Positions 1 through 13,067 of a DNA stretch of 64,000 nt are shown in pieces. The notes under the pieces are model-generated. The model did no database searches and was not told where the DNA came from. It saw only the letters and a list, made by a program, of their open reading frames with translations. The position numbers and the translations under genes are program-made. Within the stretch, counting starts at the first letter, position 1; each line of letters begins with the position of its first letter. This DNA comes from Eledone cirrhosa (taxonomy: Eukaryota): contig OZ024745.1 of NCBI GenBank assembly GCA_964016885.1, positions 54,374,001 to 54,438,000 on the forward strand, in the 5' to 3' direction.

Positions 1-3000
1 GTTGGTGGTGTTGGTGTTGTTGTTGGAGTTATTGTTGATGTCAGTGTTGGTGTTATTGATAATATTGTTGTTAGTGGTGTTGGAGTTGTTGATGGTGTTA
101 TTGTTGATGTTAGTGTTGGTGTTATTGATAATATTGTTGTTGGTGGTGTTGGTGTTGTTGTTGGAGTTATTGTTGATGTTAGTGTTGGTGTTATTGATAA
201 TATTGTTGTTGGTGATGTTGGTGTTGTTGTTGGTGTTATTATTGTTGTTATTGTTGTTGTTATTGATAATATTGTTGTTGGTGGTGTTAGTGTTGTTGTT
301 GGAGTTATTGTTGTTGTTAGTGTTGGTGTTATTGATAATATTGTTGTTGGTGATGTTGGTGTTGTTGTTGGAGTTATTGTTGTTGTTAGTGTTGGTGTTA
401 CTGATAATATTGTTGTTGGTGATGTTGGTGTTGTTGTTGGAGTTATTGTTGTTGTTAGTGTTGGTGTTATTGATAATATTGTTGTTGGTGATGTTGGTGT
501 TGTTGTTGGAGTTATTGTTGTTGTTAGTGTTGGTGTTATTGATAATATTGTTGTTGGTGATGTTGGTGTTGTTGTTGGAGTTATTGTTGTTGTTAGTGTT
601 GGTGTTACTGATAATATTGTTGTTGGTGATGTTGGTGTTGTTGTTGGAGTTATTGTTGAGGTTAGTGTTTGTGTTACTGATAATATTGTTGTTGGTGGTG
701 TTGGTGTTGTTGTTGGTGTCATTGTTGATGTTAGTGTTGGTGTTATTGATAATATTGTTGTTAGTGATGTTGGAGTTGTTGTTGGTGTCATTGTTGATGT
801 TAGTGTTGGTGTTATTGATAATATTGTTGTTGGTGATGTTGGTGTTGTTATTGGTGTTATTGTTGATGTTAGTCCTGGTGTTATTGATAATATTGTTGTT
901 GGTGGTGTTGGTGTTGTTGTTGGGGTTATTGTTGATGTTAGTGTTGGTGTTATTGATAGTATTGTTGTTGGTGGTGTTGGAGTTATTGTTGATGTTAGTG
1001 TTGGTGTTATTGATAATGTTGTTGGTGGTGTTGGTGTTGTTGTTGGTGTTATTGTTGATGTTAGTCTTGGTGTTACTGATAATATTGTTGTTGGTGGTGT
1101 TGGTGTTGTTGTTGGAGTTATTGTTGATGTTAGTGTTGGTGTTACTGATAATATTGTTGTTGGTGGTGTTGGTGTTGTTGTTGGAGTTATTGTTGATGTT
1201 AGTGTTGGTGTTATTGATAATATTGTTGTTGGTGGTGTTGGTGTTGTTGTTGGTGTTATTGTTGATGTTAGTGTTGGTGTTATTGATAATATTGTTGTTG
1301 GTGGTGTTGGTGTTGTTGTTGGAGTTATTGTTGATGTTAGTGTTGGTGTTATTGATAATATTGTTGTTAGTGGTGTTGGTGTTGTTGTTGGAGTTATTGT
1401 TGATGTTAGTGTTGGTGTTATTGATAATATTGTTGTTGGTGGTGTTGGTGTTGTTGTTGGTGTTGGTATTGTTGTTGGTGTTATTGTTGATGTTAGTGTT
1501 GGTGTTTTTGATAATATTGTTGTTGGTGGTGTTGGTGTTGTTGTTGGAGTTATTGTTGATGTTAGTGTTGGTGTTATTGATAATATTGTTGTTAGTGGTG
1601 TTGGTGTTGTTGTTGGAGTTATTGTTGATGTTAGTGTTGGTGTTATTGATAATATTGTTGTTGGTGGTGTTGGTGTTGTTGTTGGAGTTTTTGTTGATGT
1701 TAGTGTTGGTGTTATTGATAATATTGTTGTTAGTGGTGTTGGTGTTGTTGTTGGTGTTATTGTTGATGTTAGTGTTGGTGTTATTGATAATATTGTTGTT
1801 GGTGGTTTTGGTGTTGTTGTTGGTGTTATTGTTGATGTTAGTGTTGGTGTTATTGATAATATTGTTGTTGGTGGTGTTGGTGTTGTTGTTGGAGTTATTG
1901 TTGATGTCAGTGTTGGTGTTATTGATAATATTGTTGTTAGTGGTGTTGGTGTTGTTGATGGTGTTATTGTTGATGTTAGTGTTGGTGTTATTGATAATAT
2001 TGTTGTTGGTGGTGTTGGTGTTGTTGTTGGAGTTATTGTTGATGTTAGTGTTGGTGTTATTGATAATATTGTTGTTGGTGGTGTTGGTGTTGTTGTTGGT
2101 GTTATTGTTGATGTTAGTGTTGGTGTTATTGATAATATTGTTGTTGGTGGTGTTGGTGTTGTTGTTGGAGTTATTGTTGATGTTAGTTTTGGTGTTGTTG
2201 TTGGAGTTATTGTTGATGTTAGTGTTGGTGTTATTGATAATATTGTTGTTGGTGGTGTTGGTGTTGTTGTTGGTGTTGGTATTGTTGTTGGTGTTATTGT
2301 TGATGTTAGTGTTGGTGTTTTTGATAATATTGTTGTTGGTGGTGTTGGTGTTGTTGTTGGAGTTATTGTTGATGTTAGTGTTGGTGTTATTGATAATATT
2401 GTTGTTAGTGGTGTTGGTGTTGTTGTTGGAGTTATTGTTGATGTTAGTGTTGGTGTTATTGATAATATTGTTGTTGGTGGTGTTGGTGTTGTTGTTGGAG
2501 TTTTTGTTGATGTTAGTGTTGGTGTTATTGATAATATTGTTGTTAGTGGTGTTGGTGTTGTTGTTGGTGTTATTGTTGATGTTAGTGTTGGTGTTATTGA
2601 TAATATTGTTGTTGGTGGTTTTGGTGTTGTTGTTGGTGTTATTGTTGATGTTAGTGTTGGTGTTATTGATAATATTGTTGTTGGTGGTGTTGGTGTTGTT
2701 GTTGGAGTTATTGTTGATGTCAGTGTTGGTGTTATTGATAATATTGTTGTTAGTGGTGTTGGAGTTGTTGATGGTGTTATTGTTGATGTTAGTGTTGGTG
2801 TTATTGATAATATTGTTGTTGGTGGTGTTGGTGTTGTTGTTGGAGTTTTTGTTGATGTTAGTGTTGGTGTTATTGATAATATTGTTGTTAGTGGTGTTGG
2901 TGTTGTTGTTGGTGTTATTGTTGATGTTAGTGTTGGTGTTATTGATAATATTGTTGTTGGTGGTTTTGGTGTTGTTGTTGGTGTTATTGTTGATGTTAGT

Positions 3001-6000
3001 GTTGGTGTTATTGATAATATTGTTGTTGGTGGTGTTGGTGTTGTTGTTGGAGTTATTGTTGATGTTAGTGTTGGTGTTATTGATAATATTGTTGTTGGTG
3101 GTTTTGGTGTTGTTGTTGGTGTTATTGTTGATGTTAGTGTTGGTGTTATTGATAATATTGTTGTTGGTGGTGTTGGTGTTGTTGTTGGAGTTATTGTTGA
3201 TGTCAGTGTTGGTGTTATTGATAATATTGTTGTTAGTGGTGTTGGAGTTGTTGATGGTGTTATTGTTGATGTTAGTGTTGGTGTTATTGATAATATTGTT
3301 GTTGGTGGTGTTGGTGTTGTTGTTGGAGTTATTGTTGTTGTTAGTGTTGGTGTTATTGATAATATTGTTGTTGGTGATGTTGGTGTTGTTGTTGGAGTTA
3401 TTGTTGTTGTTAGTGTTGGTGTTACTGATAATATTGTTGTTGGTGATGTTGGTGTTGTTGTTGGAGTTATTGTTGTTGTTAGTGTTGGTGTTATTGATAA
3501 TATTGTTGTTGGTGATGTTGGTGTTGTTGTTGGAGTTATTGTTGTTGTTAGTGTTGGTGTTATTGATAATATTGTTGTTGGTGATGTTGGTGTTGTTGTT
3601 GGAGTTATTGTTGTTGTTAGTGTTGGTGTTACTGATAATATTGTTGTTGGTGATGCTGGTGTTGTTGTTGGAGTTATTGTTGAGGTTAGTGTTTGTGTTA
3701 CTGATAATATTGTTGTTGGTGGTGTTGGTGTTGTTGTTGGTGTCATTGTTGATGTTAGTGTTGGTGTTATTGATAATATTGTTGTTGGTGATGTTGGAGT
3801 TGTTGTTGGTGTCATTGTTGATGTTAGTGTTGGTGTTATTGATAATATTGTTGTTGGTGATGTTGGTGTTGTTATTGGTGTTATTGTTGATGTTAGTCCT
3901 GGTGTTATTGATAATATTGTTGTTGGTGGTGTTGGTGTTGTTGTTGGGGTTATTGTTGATGTTAGTGTTGGTGTTATTGATAGTATTGTTGTTGGTGGTG
4001 TTGGTGTTGTTGTTGGAGTTATTGTTGATGTTAGTGTTGGTGTTATTGATAATGTTGTTGGTGGTGTTGTTGTTGTTGTTGGTGTTATTGTTGATGTTAG
4101 TCTTGGTGTTACTGATAATATTGTTGTTGGTGGTGTTGGTGTTGTTGTTGGAGTTATTGTTGATGTTAGTGTTGGTGTTACTGATAATATTGTTGTTGGT
4201 GGTGTTGGTGTTGTTGTTGGAGTTATTGTTGATGTTAGTGTTGGTGTTATTGATAATATTGTTGTTGGTGGTGTTGGTGTTGTTGTTGGTGTTATTGTTG
4301 ATGTTAGTGTTGGTGTTATTGATAATATTGTTGTTGGTGGTGTTGGTGTTGTTGTTGGAGTTATTGTTGATGTTAGTGTTGGTGTTATTGATAATATTGT
4401 TGTTAGTGGTGTTGGTGTTGTTGTTGGAGTTATTGTTGATGTTAGTGTTGGTGTTATTAATAATATTGTTGTTGGTGGTGTTGGTGTTGTTGTTGATGTT
4501 AGTGTTGGTGTTATTGATAATATTGTTGTTGGTGGTGTTGGTGTTGTTGTAGGAGTTATTGTTGATGTTAGTGTTGGTGTTGTTGTTGGTGTTATTGTTG
4601 ATGTTAGTGTTGGTGTTATTGATAATATTGTTGTTGGTGGTGTTGGTGTTGTTGTAGGAGTTATTGTTGATGTTAGTGTTGATGTTATTGATAATATTGT
4701 TGTTGGTGGTGTTGGTGTTGTTGTTGGTGTTATTGTTGATGTTAGTGTTGGTGTTATTGATAATATTGTTGTTGGTGGTGTTGGTGTTGTTGTTGGTGTT
4801 ATTGTTGATGTTAGTGTTGGTGTTATTGATAATATTGTTGTTGGAGTTATTGTTGATGTTAGTGTTGGTGTTATTGATAATATTGTTGTTGGTGGTGTTG
4901 GTGTTGTTGTTGGTGTTATTGTTGATGTTAGTGTTGGTGTTATTGATAATATTGTTGTTGGTGGTGTTGTTGTTGGAGTTATTGTTGATGTTAGTGTTGG
5001 TGTTATTAATAATATTGTTGTTGGTGGTGTTGGTGTTGTTGTTGGTGTTGGTGTTGTTGTTGGTGTTATTGTTGATGTTAGTGTTGGTGTTATTGATAAT
5101 ATTGTTGTTGGTGGTGTTGGTGTTGTTGGTGGTGTTGGTGTTGTTGTTGGTGTTATTGTTGATGTTAGTGTTGGTGTTATTGATAATATTGTTGTTGGTG
5201 GTGTTGGTGTTGTTGGTGGTGTTGGTGTTGTTGTTGGTGTTATTGTTGATGTTAGTGTTGGTGTTATTGATAATATTGTTGTTGGTGGTGTTGGTGTTGT
5301 TGGTGGTGTTGGTGTTGTTGTTGGTGTTATTGTTGATGTTAGTGTTGGTGGTGGTGTTGGTGTTGTTGTTGGTGTTGGTGTTGTTGTTGGTGTTATTGTT
5401 GATGTTAGTGTTGGTGTTATTGATAATATTGTTGTTGGTGGTGTTGGTGTTGATGGTGGTGTTGGTGTTGTTGTTGGTGTTATTGTTGATGTTAGTGTTG
5501 ATGTTATTAATAATATTGTTGTTGGTGGTGTTGGTGTTGTTGTTGGTGTTATTGTTGATGTTAGTGTTGGTGTTATTGATAATATTGTTGTTAGTGGTGT
5601 TGGTGTTGTTGTTGGTGTTATTGTTGATGTTAGTGTTGGTGTTATTGATAATATTGTTGTTAGTGGTGTTGGTGTTGTTTTTGGTGTTATTGTTGATGTT
5701 AGTGTTGGTGTTATTGATAATATTGTTGTTAGTGGTGTTGGTGTTGTTGTTGGTGTTATTGTTGATGTTAGTGTTGGTGTTATTGATAATATTGTTGTTA
5801 GTGGTGTTGGTGTTGTTGTTGGAGTTATTGTTGATGTTAGTGTTGGTGTTATTGATAATATTGTTGTTAGTGGTGTTGGTGTTGTTGTTGGAGTTATTGT
5901 TGGTGTTAGTGTTGGTGTTACTGATAATAATGTTGTTAGTGGTGTTTGTGTTGTTGTTGGAGTTATTGTTGATGTTAGTGTTGGTGTTGATGTTGGAATT

Positions 6001-7626
6001 GGTGTTGATAATGGTGTTGGTGGTGGTGTTGGTGGTGGTGTTGGTGGTGGTGTTGGTGGCGGTGTTAGTGTTGATATTGGTGTTGGTGGTAGGTATGGTG
6101 TTGGTGGTGTTAGTGTTGATGTTTGTGTTGATGTTGATGTAGGTGTTGGTGTTGATATTGGTGTTGGTGGTGGTGGTGGTGTTGGTGGTGGTGTTGGTGG
6201 TGGTGTTGGTGGTGGTGTTGGTGGCCGTGTTAGTGTTGATATTGATGTTGGTGTTGATATTGGTGTTGGTGGTGGTGTTGGTGGTGGGTGTTGGTGGTGG
6301 TGTTGGTGTTGGTGGTGTTAGTGTTGATGTTTGTGTTGATGTTGATGTTGGTGTTGGTGTTGATATTGGTGTTGGTGGTGGTGTTGGTGGTGGTGTTGGT
6401 GGTGGTGTTGGTGGCGGTGTTGATGTTGATGTTGATGTTGGTGTTGATATTGGTGTTGGTGGTGGTGTTGGTGGTGGTGTTGTTGGTGGTGCTGGTGTTG
6501 GTGGTGTTAGTGTTGATGTTAGTGTAGGTGTTGGTGTTGGCGGTTTTAGTGTTGATGTTAGTGTTGATGTTGGTGTTGGTGTTGATATTGGTGTTGGTGG
6601 TGGTGTTGGTGTTGGTATTGATCCGGAGTTGATGGTGGTGTTGGTGGTGGTGTTAGAGTTGATGTTGATGTTGGTGTTGATATTGGTGTTGGTGTTGGTG
6701 GTGGTGTTGATATTGGTGTTGGTGGTGATGTTGGTGGTGGTGGTGTTGGTGGTGGCGTTGGTGTTGGTGTTGGTGTTGGTGGTGTTGGTGGTGCTGGTGG
6801 TGTTGGTGGTGGTGTTGGTGGTGTTAGTGTTGATGTTTGTGTTGATGTTAGTGTTGATGTTGGTGCTGGTGGTGGTGGTGGTGTTGTTTATGGTGTTGGT
6901 GGTGGTGTTGGTGGTGGTGTTGGTGGTGGTGTTGGTGTTGATATTGGTATTTGTGTTGGTGTTGGTGTTGATATTCATATTGGTGGCGGTGTTAATGGTG
7001 GTGTTGGTGGTGGTGTTGGTGTTGGTATTGGTGGTGGTGTTGGTGGTGGTGTTAGTGTTGATATTGGTACTGGTGGTGGTGTTGGTGCTGGTGTTGGTGT
7101 TGATATTGGTATTGGGGGTAGTGTTGGTGGTGGTGTTGGTGTGATATTGGTATTGGTGGTGGTGTTGGGGGTGGTGTTGGTGTTGATATTGGTATTGGTG
7201 GTGGTGTTGGTGGTTCGTGTTGGTGTTGATATTTGTATTGGTGGTGGTGTTGGTGTTGATATTGGTATTGGTGGTGGTGTTGGTGGTGGTGCTGGTGTTG
7301 ATATTGGTATTGGTGGTGGTGATGGTGGTGGTGTTGGTGTTGATATTGGTATTGGTGGTGGTGTTGGTGGTGGTGTTGGTGTTGATATTGGTATTGGTGG
7401 TGGTGATGGTGGTGGTGTTGGTGTTGATATTGGTATTGGTGGTGGTGTTCGTGGTGGTGTTGGTGTTGATATTGTTATTGGTGGTTGTGTGGGGGTGGTG
7501 TTGGTGTTGATATTGATGTTGATATTGTTGTTGGTGGTGGTGGTGTTAGTGTTGATGTTTATACTATTGTTAGTTTTGGTGGTGGTGTTGTTGGTGATGT
7601 TAGTGTTGATAAAGTTAGTGTCGATA

Positions 7627-10600
7627 TTAATTGGCATTGATGTTAGTGTTGGTGTTATTGATAATATTGTTGTTGGTGGTGATGGTGTTGTTGTTTGAGT
7701 TATTGTTGATGTTAGTGTTGGCGTTACTGATAATATTGTTGTTGGTGTTGTTGTTGGAGTTATTGTTGATTTTAGTGTTGGTGTTATTGATAATATTGTT
7801 GTTGGTGGTGTTGGTGTTGTTGTTGGTGTTATTGTTGATGTTAGTGTTTGTGTTACTGATAATATTGTTGTTGGTGGTGTTGGTGTTGTTGTTGGTGTTA
7901 TTGTTGATGTTAGTGTTGGTGTTATTGATAATATTGTTGTTGGTGGTGTTGGTGTTGTTGTTGGTGTTATTGTTGATGTTAGTGTTGGTGTTATTGATAA
8001 TATTATTGTTGGTGGTGTTGGTGTTGTTGTTGGTGTTATTGTTGATGTTAGTGTTGGTGTTATTGATAATATTGTTGTTGGTGGTGTTGGTGTTGTTGTT
8101 GGTGTTATTGTTGTTGTTAGTGTTGGTGTTATTGATAATATTGTTGTTGGTGGTGTTGGTGTTGTTGTTGGTGTTATTGTTGATGTTAGTGTTGGTGTTA
8201 TTGATAATATTGTTGTTGGTGGTGTTGGTGTTGTTGTTGGTGTTATTGTTGATGTTAGTGTTGGTGTTATTGATAATATTGTTGTTGGTGGTGTTGGTGT
8301 TGTTGTTGGTGTTATTGTTGTTGTTAGTGTTGGTGTTATTGATAATATTGTTGTTGGTGGTGTTGGTGTTGTTGTTGGTGTTATTGTTGATGTTAGTGTT
8401 GGTGTTATTGATCATATTGTTGTTGGTGTTGTTGGTGTTGTTGTTGGAGTTATTGTTGTTGTTAGTGTTGGTGTTATTGATAATATTGTTGTTGGTGGTG
8501 TTGGTGTTGTTGTTGGTGTTATTGTTGATGTTAGTGTTGGTGTTAGTGTTGGTGTTATTGATAATATTGTTGTTGGTGGTGTTGGTGTTGTTTTTGGAGT
8601 TAGTGTTGTTGTTAGTGTTGGTGTTACTGATAATATTGTTGTTGGTGGTGTTGGTGTTGTTTTTGGAGTTAGTGTTGTTGTTAGTGTTGGTGTTATTGAT
8701 AATATTGTTGTTGGTGGTGTTGGTGTTGTTTTTGGAGTTAGTGTTGTTGTTAGTGTTGGTGTTACTGATAATATTGTTGTTGGTGGTGTTGGTGTTGTTG
8801 TTGGAGTTAGTGTTGTTGTTAGTGTTGGTGTTATTGATAATATTGTTGTTGGTGTTGTTGGTGTTGTTGTTGGTGTTATTGTTGTTGTTATTGTTGGTGT
8901 TATTGATAATATTGTTGTTGGTGGTGTTGGTGTTGTTGTTGGAGTTATTGTTGATGTTAGTGTTGCTGTTATTGATAATATTGTTGTTGGTGGTGTTGGT
9001 GTTGTTGTTGGTGTTATTGTTGATGTTATTGTTCATGTTAGTGTTGGTGTTATTGATAATGTTGTTGTTGGTGGTGTTGGTGTTGTTGTTGGTGTTATTG
9101 TTGATGTTAGTGTTGGTGTTATTGATAATATTGTTGTTGGTGGTGTTGGTGTTGTTGTTGGAGTTAGTGTTGTTGTTAGTGTTGGTGTTATTGATAATAT
9201 TGTTGTTGGTGTTGTTGGTGTTGTTGTTGGTGTTATTGTTGTTGTTATTGTTGGTGTTATTGATAATATTGTTGTTGGTGGTGTTGGTGTTGTTGTTGGA
9301 GTTATTGTTGATGTTAGTATTGCTGTTATTGATAATATTGTTGTTGGTGGTGTTGGTGTTGTTGTTGGTGTTATTGTTGATGTTATTGTTGATGTTAGTG
9401 TTGGTGTTATTGATAATGTTGTTGTTGGTGGTGTTGGTGTTGTTGTTGGTGTTATTGTTGATGTTAGTGTTGGTGTTATTGATAATATTGTTGTTGGTGG
9501 TGTTGGTGTTGTTGTTGGGGTTATTGTTGATGTTAGTGTTGGTGTTATTGATAGTATTGTTGTTGGTGGTGTTGGTGTTGTTGTTGGAGTTATTGTTGAT
9601 GTTAGTGTTGGTGTTATTGATAATGTTGTTGGTGGTGTTGTTGTTGTTGTTGGTGTTATTGTTGATGTTAGTCTTGGTGTTACTGATAATATTGTTGTTG
9701 GTGGTGTTGGTGTTGTTGTTGGAGTTATTGTTGATGTTAGTGTTGGTGTTACTGATAATATTGTTGTTGGTGGTGTTGGTGTTGTTGTTGGAGTTATTGT
9801 TGATGTTAGTGTTGGTGTTATTGATAATATTGTTGTTGGTGGTGTTGGTGTTGTTGTTGGTGTTATTGTTGATGTTAGTGTTGGTGTTATTGATAATATT
9901 GTTGTTGGTGGTGTTGGTGTTGTTGTTGGAGTTATTGTTGATGTTAGTGTTGGTGTTATTGATAATATTGTTGTTAGTGGTGTTGGTGTTGTTGTTGGAG
10001 TTATTGTTGATGTTAGTGTTGGTGTTATTAATAATATTGTTGTTGGTGGTGTTGGTGTTGTTGTTGATGTTAGTGTTGGTGTTATTGATAATATTGTTGT
10101 TGGTGGTGTTGGTGTTGTTGTAGGAGTTATTGTTGATGTTAGTGTTGGTGTTGTTGTTGGTGTTATTGTTGATGTTAGTGTTGGTGTTATTGATAATATT
10201 GTTGTTGGTGGTGTTGGTGTTGTTGTAGGAGTTATTGTTGATGTTAGTGTTGATGTTATTGATAATATTGTTGTTGGTGGTGTTGGTGTTGTTGTTGGTG
10301 TTATTGTTGATGTTAGTGTTGGTGTTATTGATAATATTGTTGTTGGTGGTGTTGGTGTTGTTGTTGGTGTTATTGTTGATGTTAGTGTTGGTGTTATTGA
10401 TAATATTGTTGTTGGAGTTATTGTTGATGTTAGTGTTGGTGTTATTGATAATATTGTTGTTGGTGGTGTTGGTGTTGTTGTTGGTGTTATTGTTGATGTT
10501 AGTGTTGGTGTTATTGATAATATTGTTGTTGGTGGTGTTGTTGTTGGAGTTATTGTTGATGTTAGTGTTGGTGTTATTAATAATATTGTTGTTGGTGGTG

Positions 10601-12408
10601 TTGGTGTTGTTGTTGGTGTTGGTGTTGTTGTTGGTGTTATTGTTGATGTTAGTGTTGGTGTTATTGATAATATTGTTGTTGGTGGTGTTGGTGTTGTTGG
10701 TGGTGTTGGTGTTGTTGTTGGTGTTATTGTTGATGTTAGTGTTGGTGTTATTGATAATATTGTTGTTGGTGGTGTTGGTGTTGTTGGTGGTGTTGGTGTT
10801 GTTGTTGGTGTTATTGTTGATGTTAGTGTTGGTGTTATTGATAATATTGTTGTTGGTGGTGTTGGTGTTGTTGGTGGTGTTGGTGTTGTTGTTGGTGTTA
10901 TTGTTGATGTTAGTGTTGGTGGTGGTGTTGGTGTTGTTGTTGGTGTTGGTGTTGTTGTTGGTGTTATTGTTGATGTTAGTGTTGGTGTTATTGATAATAT
11001 TGTTGTTGGTGGTGTTGGTGTTGATGGTGGTGTTGGTGTTGTTGTTGGTGTTATTGTTGATGTTAGTGTTGATGTTATTAATAATATTGTTGTTGGTGGT
11101 GTTGGTGTTGTTGTTGGTGTTATTGTTGATGTTAGTGTTGGTGTTATTGATAATATTGTTGTTAGTGGTGTTGGTGTTGTTGTTGGTGTTATTGTTGATG
11201 TTAGTGTTGGTGTTATTGATAATATTGTTGTTAGTGGTGTTGGTGTTGTTTTTGGTGTTATTGTTGATGTTAGTGTTGGTGTTATTGATAATATTGTTGT
11301 TAGTGGTGTTGGTGTTGTTGTTGGTGTTATTGTTGATGTTAGTGTTGGTGTTATTGATAATATTGTTGTTAGTGGTGTTGGTGTTGTTGTTGGAGTTATT
11401 GTTGATGTTAGTGTTGGTGTTATTGATAATATTGTTGTTAGTGGTGTTGGTGTTGTTGTTGGAGTTATTGTTGGTGTTAGTGTTGGTGTTACTGATAATA
11501 ATGTTGTTAGTGGTGTTTGTGTTGTTGTTGGAGTTATTGTTGATGTTAGTGTTGGTGTTGATGTTGGAATTGGTGTTGATATTGGTGTTGGTGGTGGTGT
11601 TGGTGGTGGTGTTGGTGGTGGTGTTGGTGGTGGTGTTGGTGGTGGTGTTGGTGGCCGTGTTAGTGTTGATATTGATGTTGGTGTTGATATTGGTGTTGGT
11701 GGTGGTGTTGGTGGTGGGTGTTGGTGGTGGTGTTGGTGTTGGTGGTGTTAGTGTTGATGTTTGTGTTGATGTTGATGTTGGTGTTGGTGTTGATATTGGT
11801 GTTGGTGGTGGTGTTGGTGGTGGTGTTGGTGGTGGTGTTGGTGGCGGTGTTGATGTTGATGTTGATGTTGGTGTTGATATTGGTGTTGGTGGTGGTGTTG
11901 GTGGTGGTGTTGTTGGTGGTTCTGGTGTTGGTGGTGTTAGTGTTGATGTTAGTGTAGGTGTTGGTGTTGGCGGTTTTAGTGTTGATGTTAGTGTTGATGT
12001 TGGTGTTGGTGTTGATATTGGTGTTGGTGGTGGTGTTGGTGTTGGTATTGATCCGGAGTTGATGGTGGTGTTGGTGGTGGTGTTAGAGTTGATGTTGATG
12101 TTGGTGTTGATATTGGTGTTGGTGTTGGTGGTGGTGTTGATATTGGTGTTGGTGGTGATGTTGGTGGTGGTGGTGTTGGTGGTGGTGTTGGTGTTGGTGT
12201 TGGTGTTGGTGGTGTTGGTGGTGCTGGTGGTGTTGGTGGTGGTGTTGGTGGTGTTAGTGTTGATGTTTGTGTTGATGTTAGTGTTGATGTTGGTGCTGGT
12301 GGTGGTGGTGGTGTTGTTTATGGTGTTGGTGGTGGTGTTGGTGGTGGTGTTGGTGGTGGTGTTGGTGTTGATATTGGTATTTGTGTTGGTGTTGGTGTTG
12401 ATATTCAT
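7627..12408 (-). other. Long Asn/Thr/Ile-rich ORF within the satellite (1593 aa); coding status unproven. Paralogous ORFs at 13057-17226 and from 6978 off the left edge
   Basis: ATG-initiated and stop-free, but this frame reads ANN codons that cannot be stops while every third plus-strand base is T. No signal peptide or recognisable domain. Confidence 0.2.
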
Positions 12409-13067
12409 ATTGGTGGCGGTGTTAATGGTGGTGTTGGTGGTGGTGTTGGTGTTGGTATTGGTGGTGGTGTTGGTGGTGGTGTTAGTGTTGATATTGGTAC
12501 TGGTGGTGGTGTTGGTGCTGGTGTTGGTGTTGATATTGGTATTGGGGGTAGTGTTGGTGGTGGTGTTGGTGTGATATTGGTATTGGTGGTGGTGTTGGGG
12601 GTGGTGTTGGTGTTGATATTGGTATTGGTGGTGGTGTTGGTGGTTCGTGTTGGTGTTGATATTTGTATTGGTGGTGGTGTTGGTGTTGATATTGGTATTG
12701 GTGGTGGTGTTGGTGGTGGTGCTGGTGTTGATATTGGTATTGGTGGTGGTGATGGTGGTGGTGTTGGTGTTGATATTGGTATTGGTGGTGGTGTTGGTGG
12801 TGGTGTTGGTGTTGATATTGGTATTGGTGGTGGTGATGGTGGTGGTGTTGGTGTTGATATTGGTATTGGTGGTGGTGTTCGTGGTGGTGTTGGTGTTGAT
12901 ATTGTTATTGGTGGTTGTGTGGGGGTGGTGTTGGTGTTGATATTGATGTTGATATTGTTGTTGGTGGTGGTGGTGTTAGTGTTGATGTTTATACTATTGT
13001 TAGTTTTGGTGGTGGTGTTGTTGGTGATGTTAGTGTTGATAAAGTTAGTGTCGATATTAATTGGCAT
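12405..13067 (-). other. Pro/Thr/Asn-rich ORF within the satellite (MPINIDTNF..., 220 aa); copies at 6975-7637, 17223-17801, 26442-27251, 30411-31430, 34113-35132 and 39153-39962; coding status unproven
   Basis: The same ATG context (plus-strand ttaattggcat) and the same TGA (attcat) occur in seven units. Low complexity only. Confidence 0.2.
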
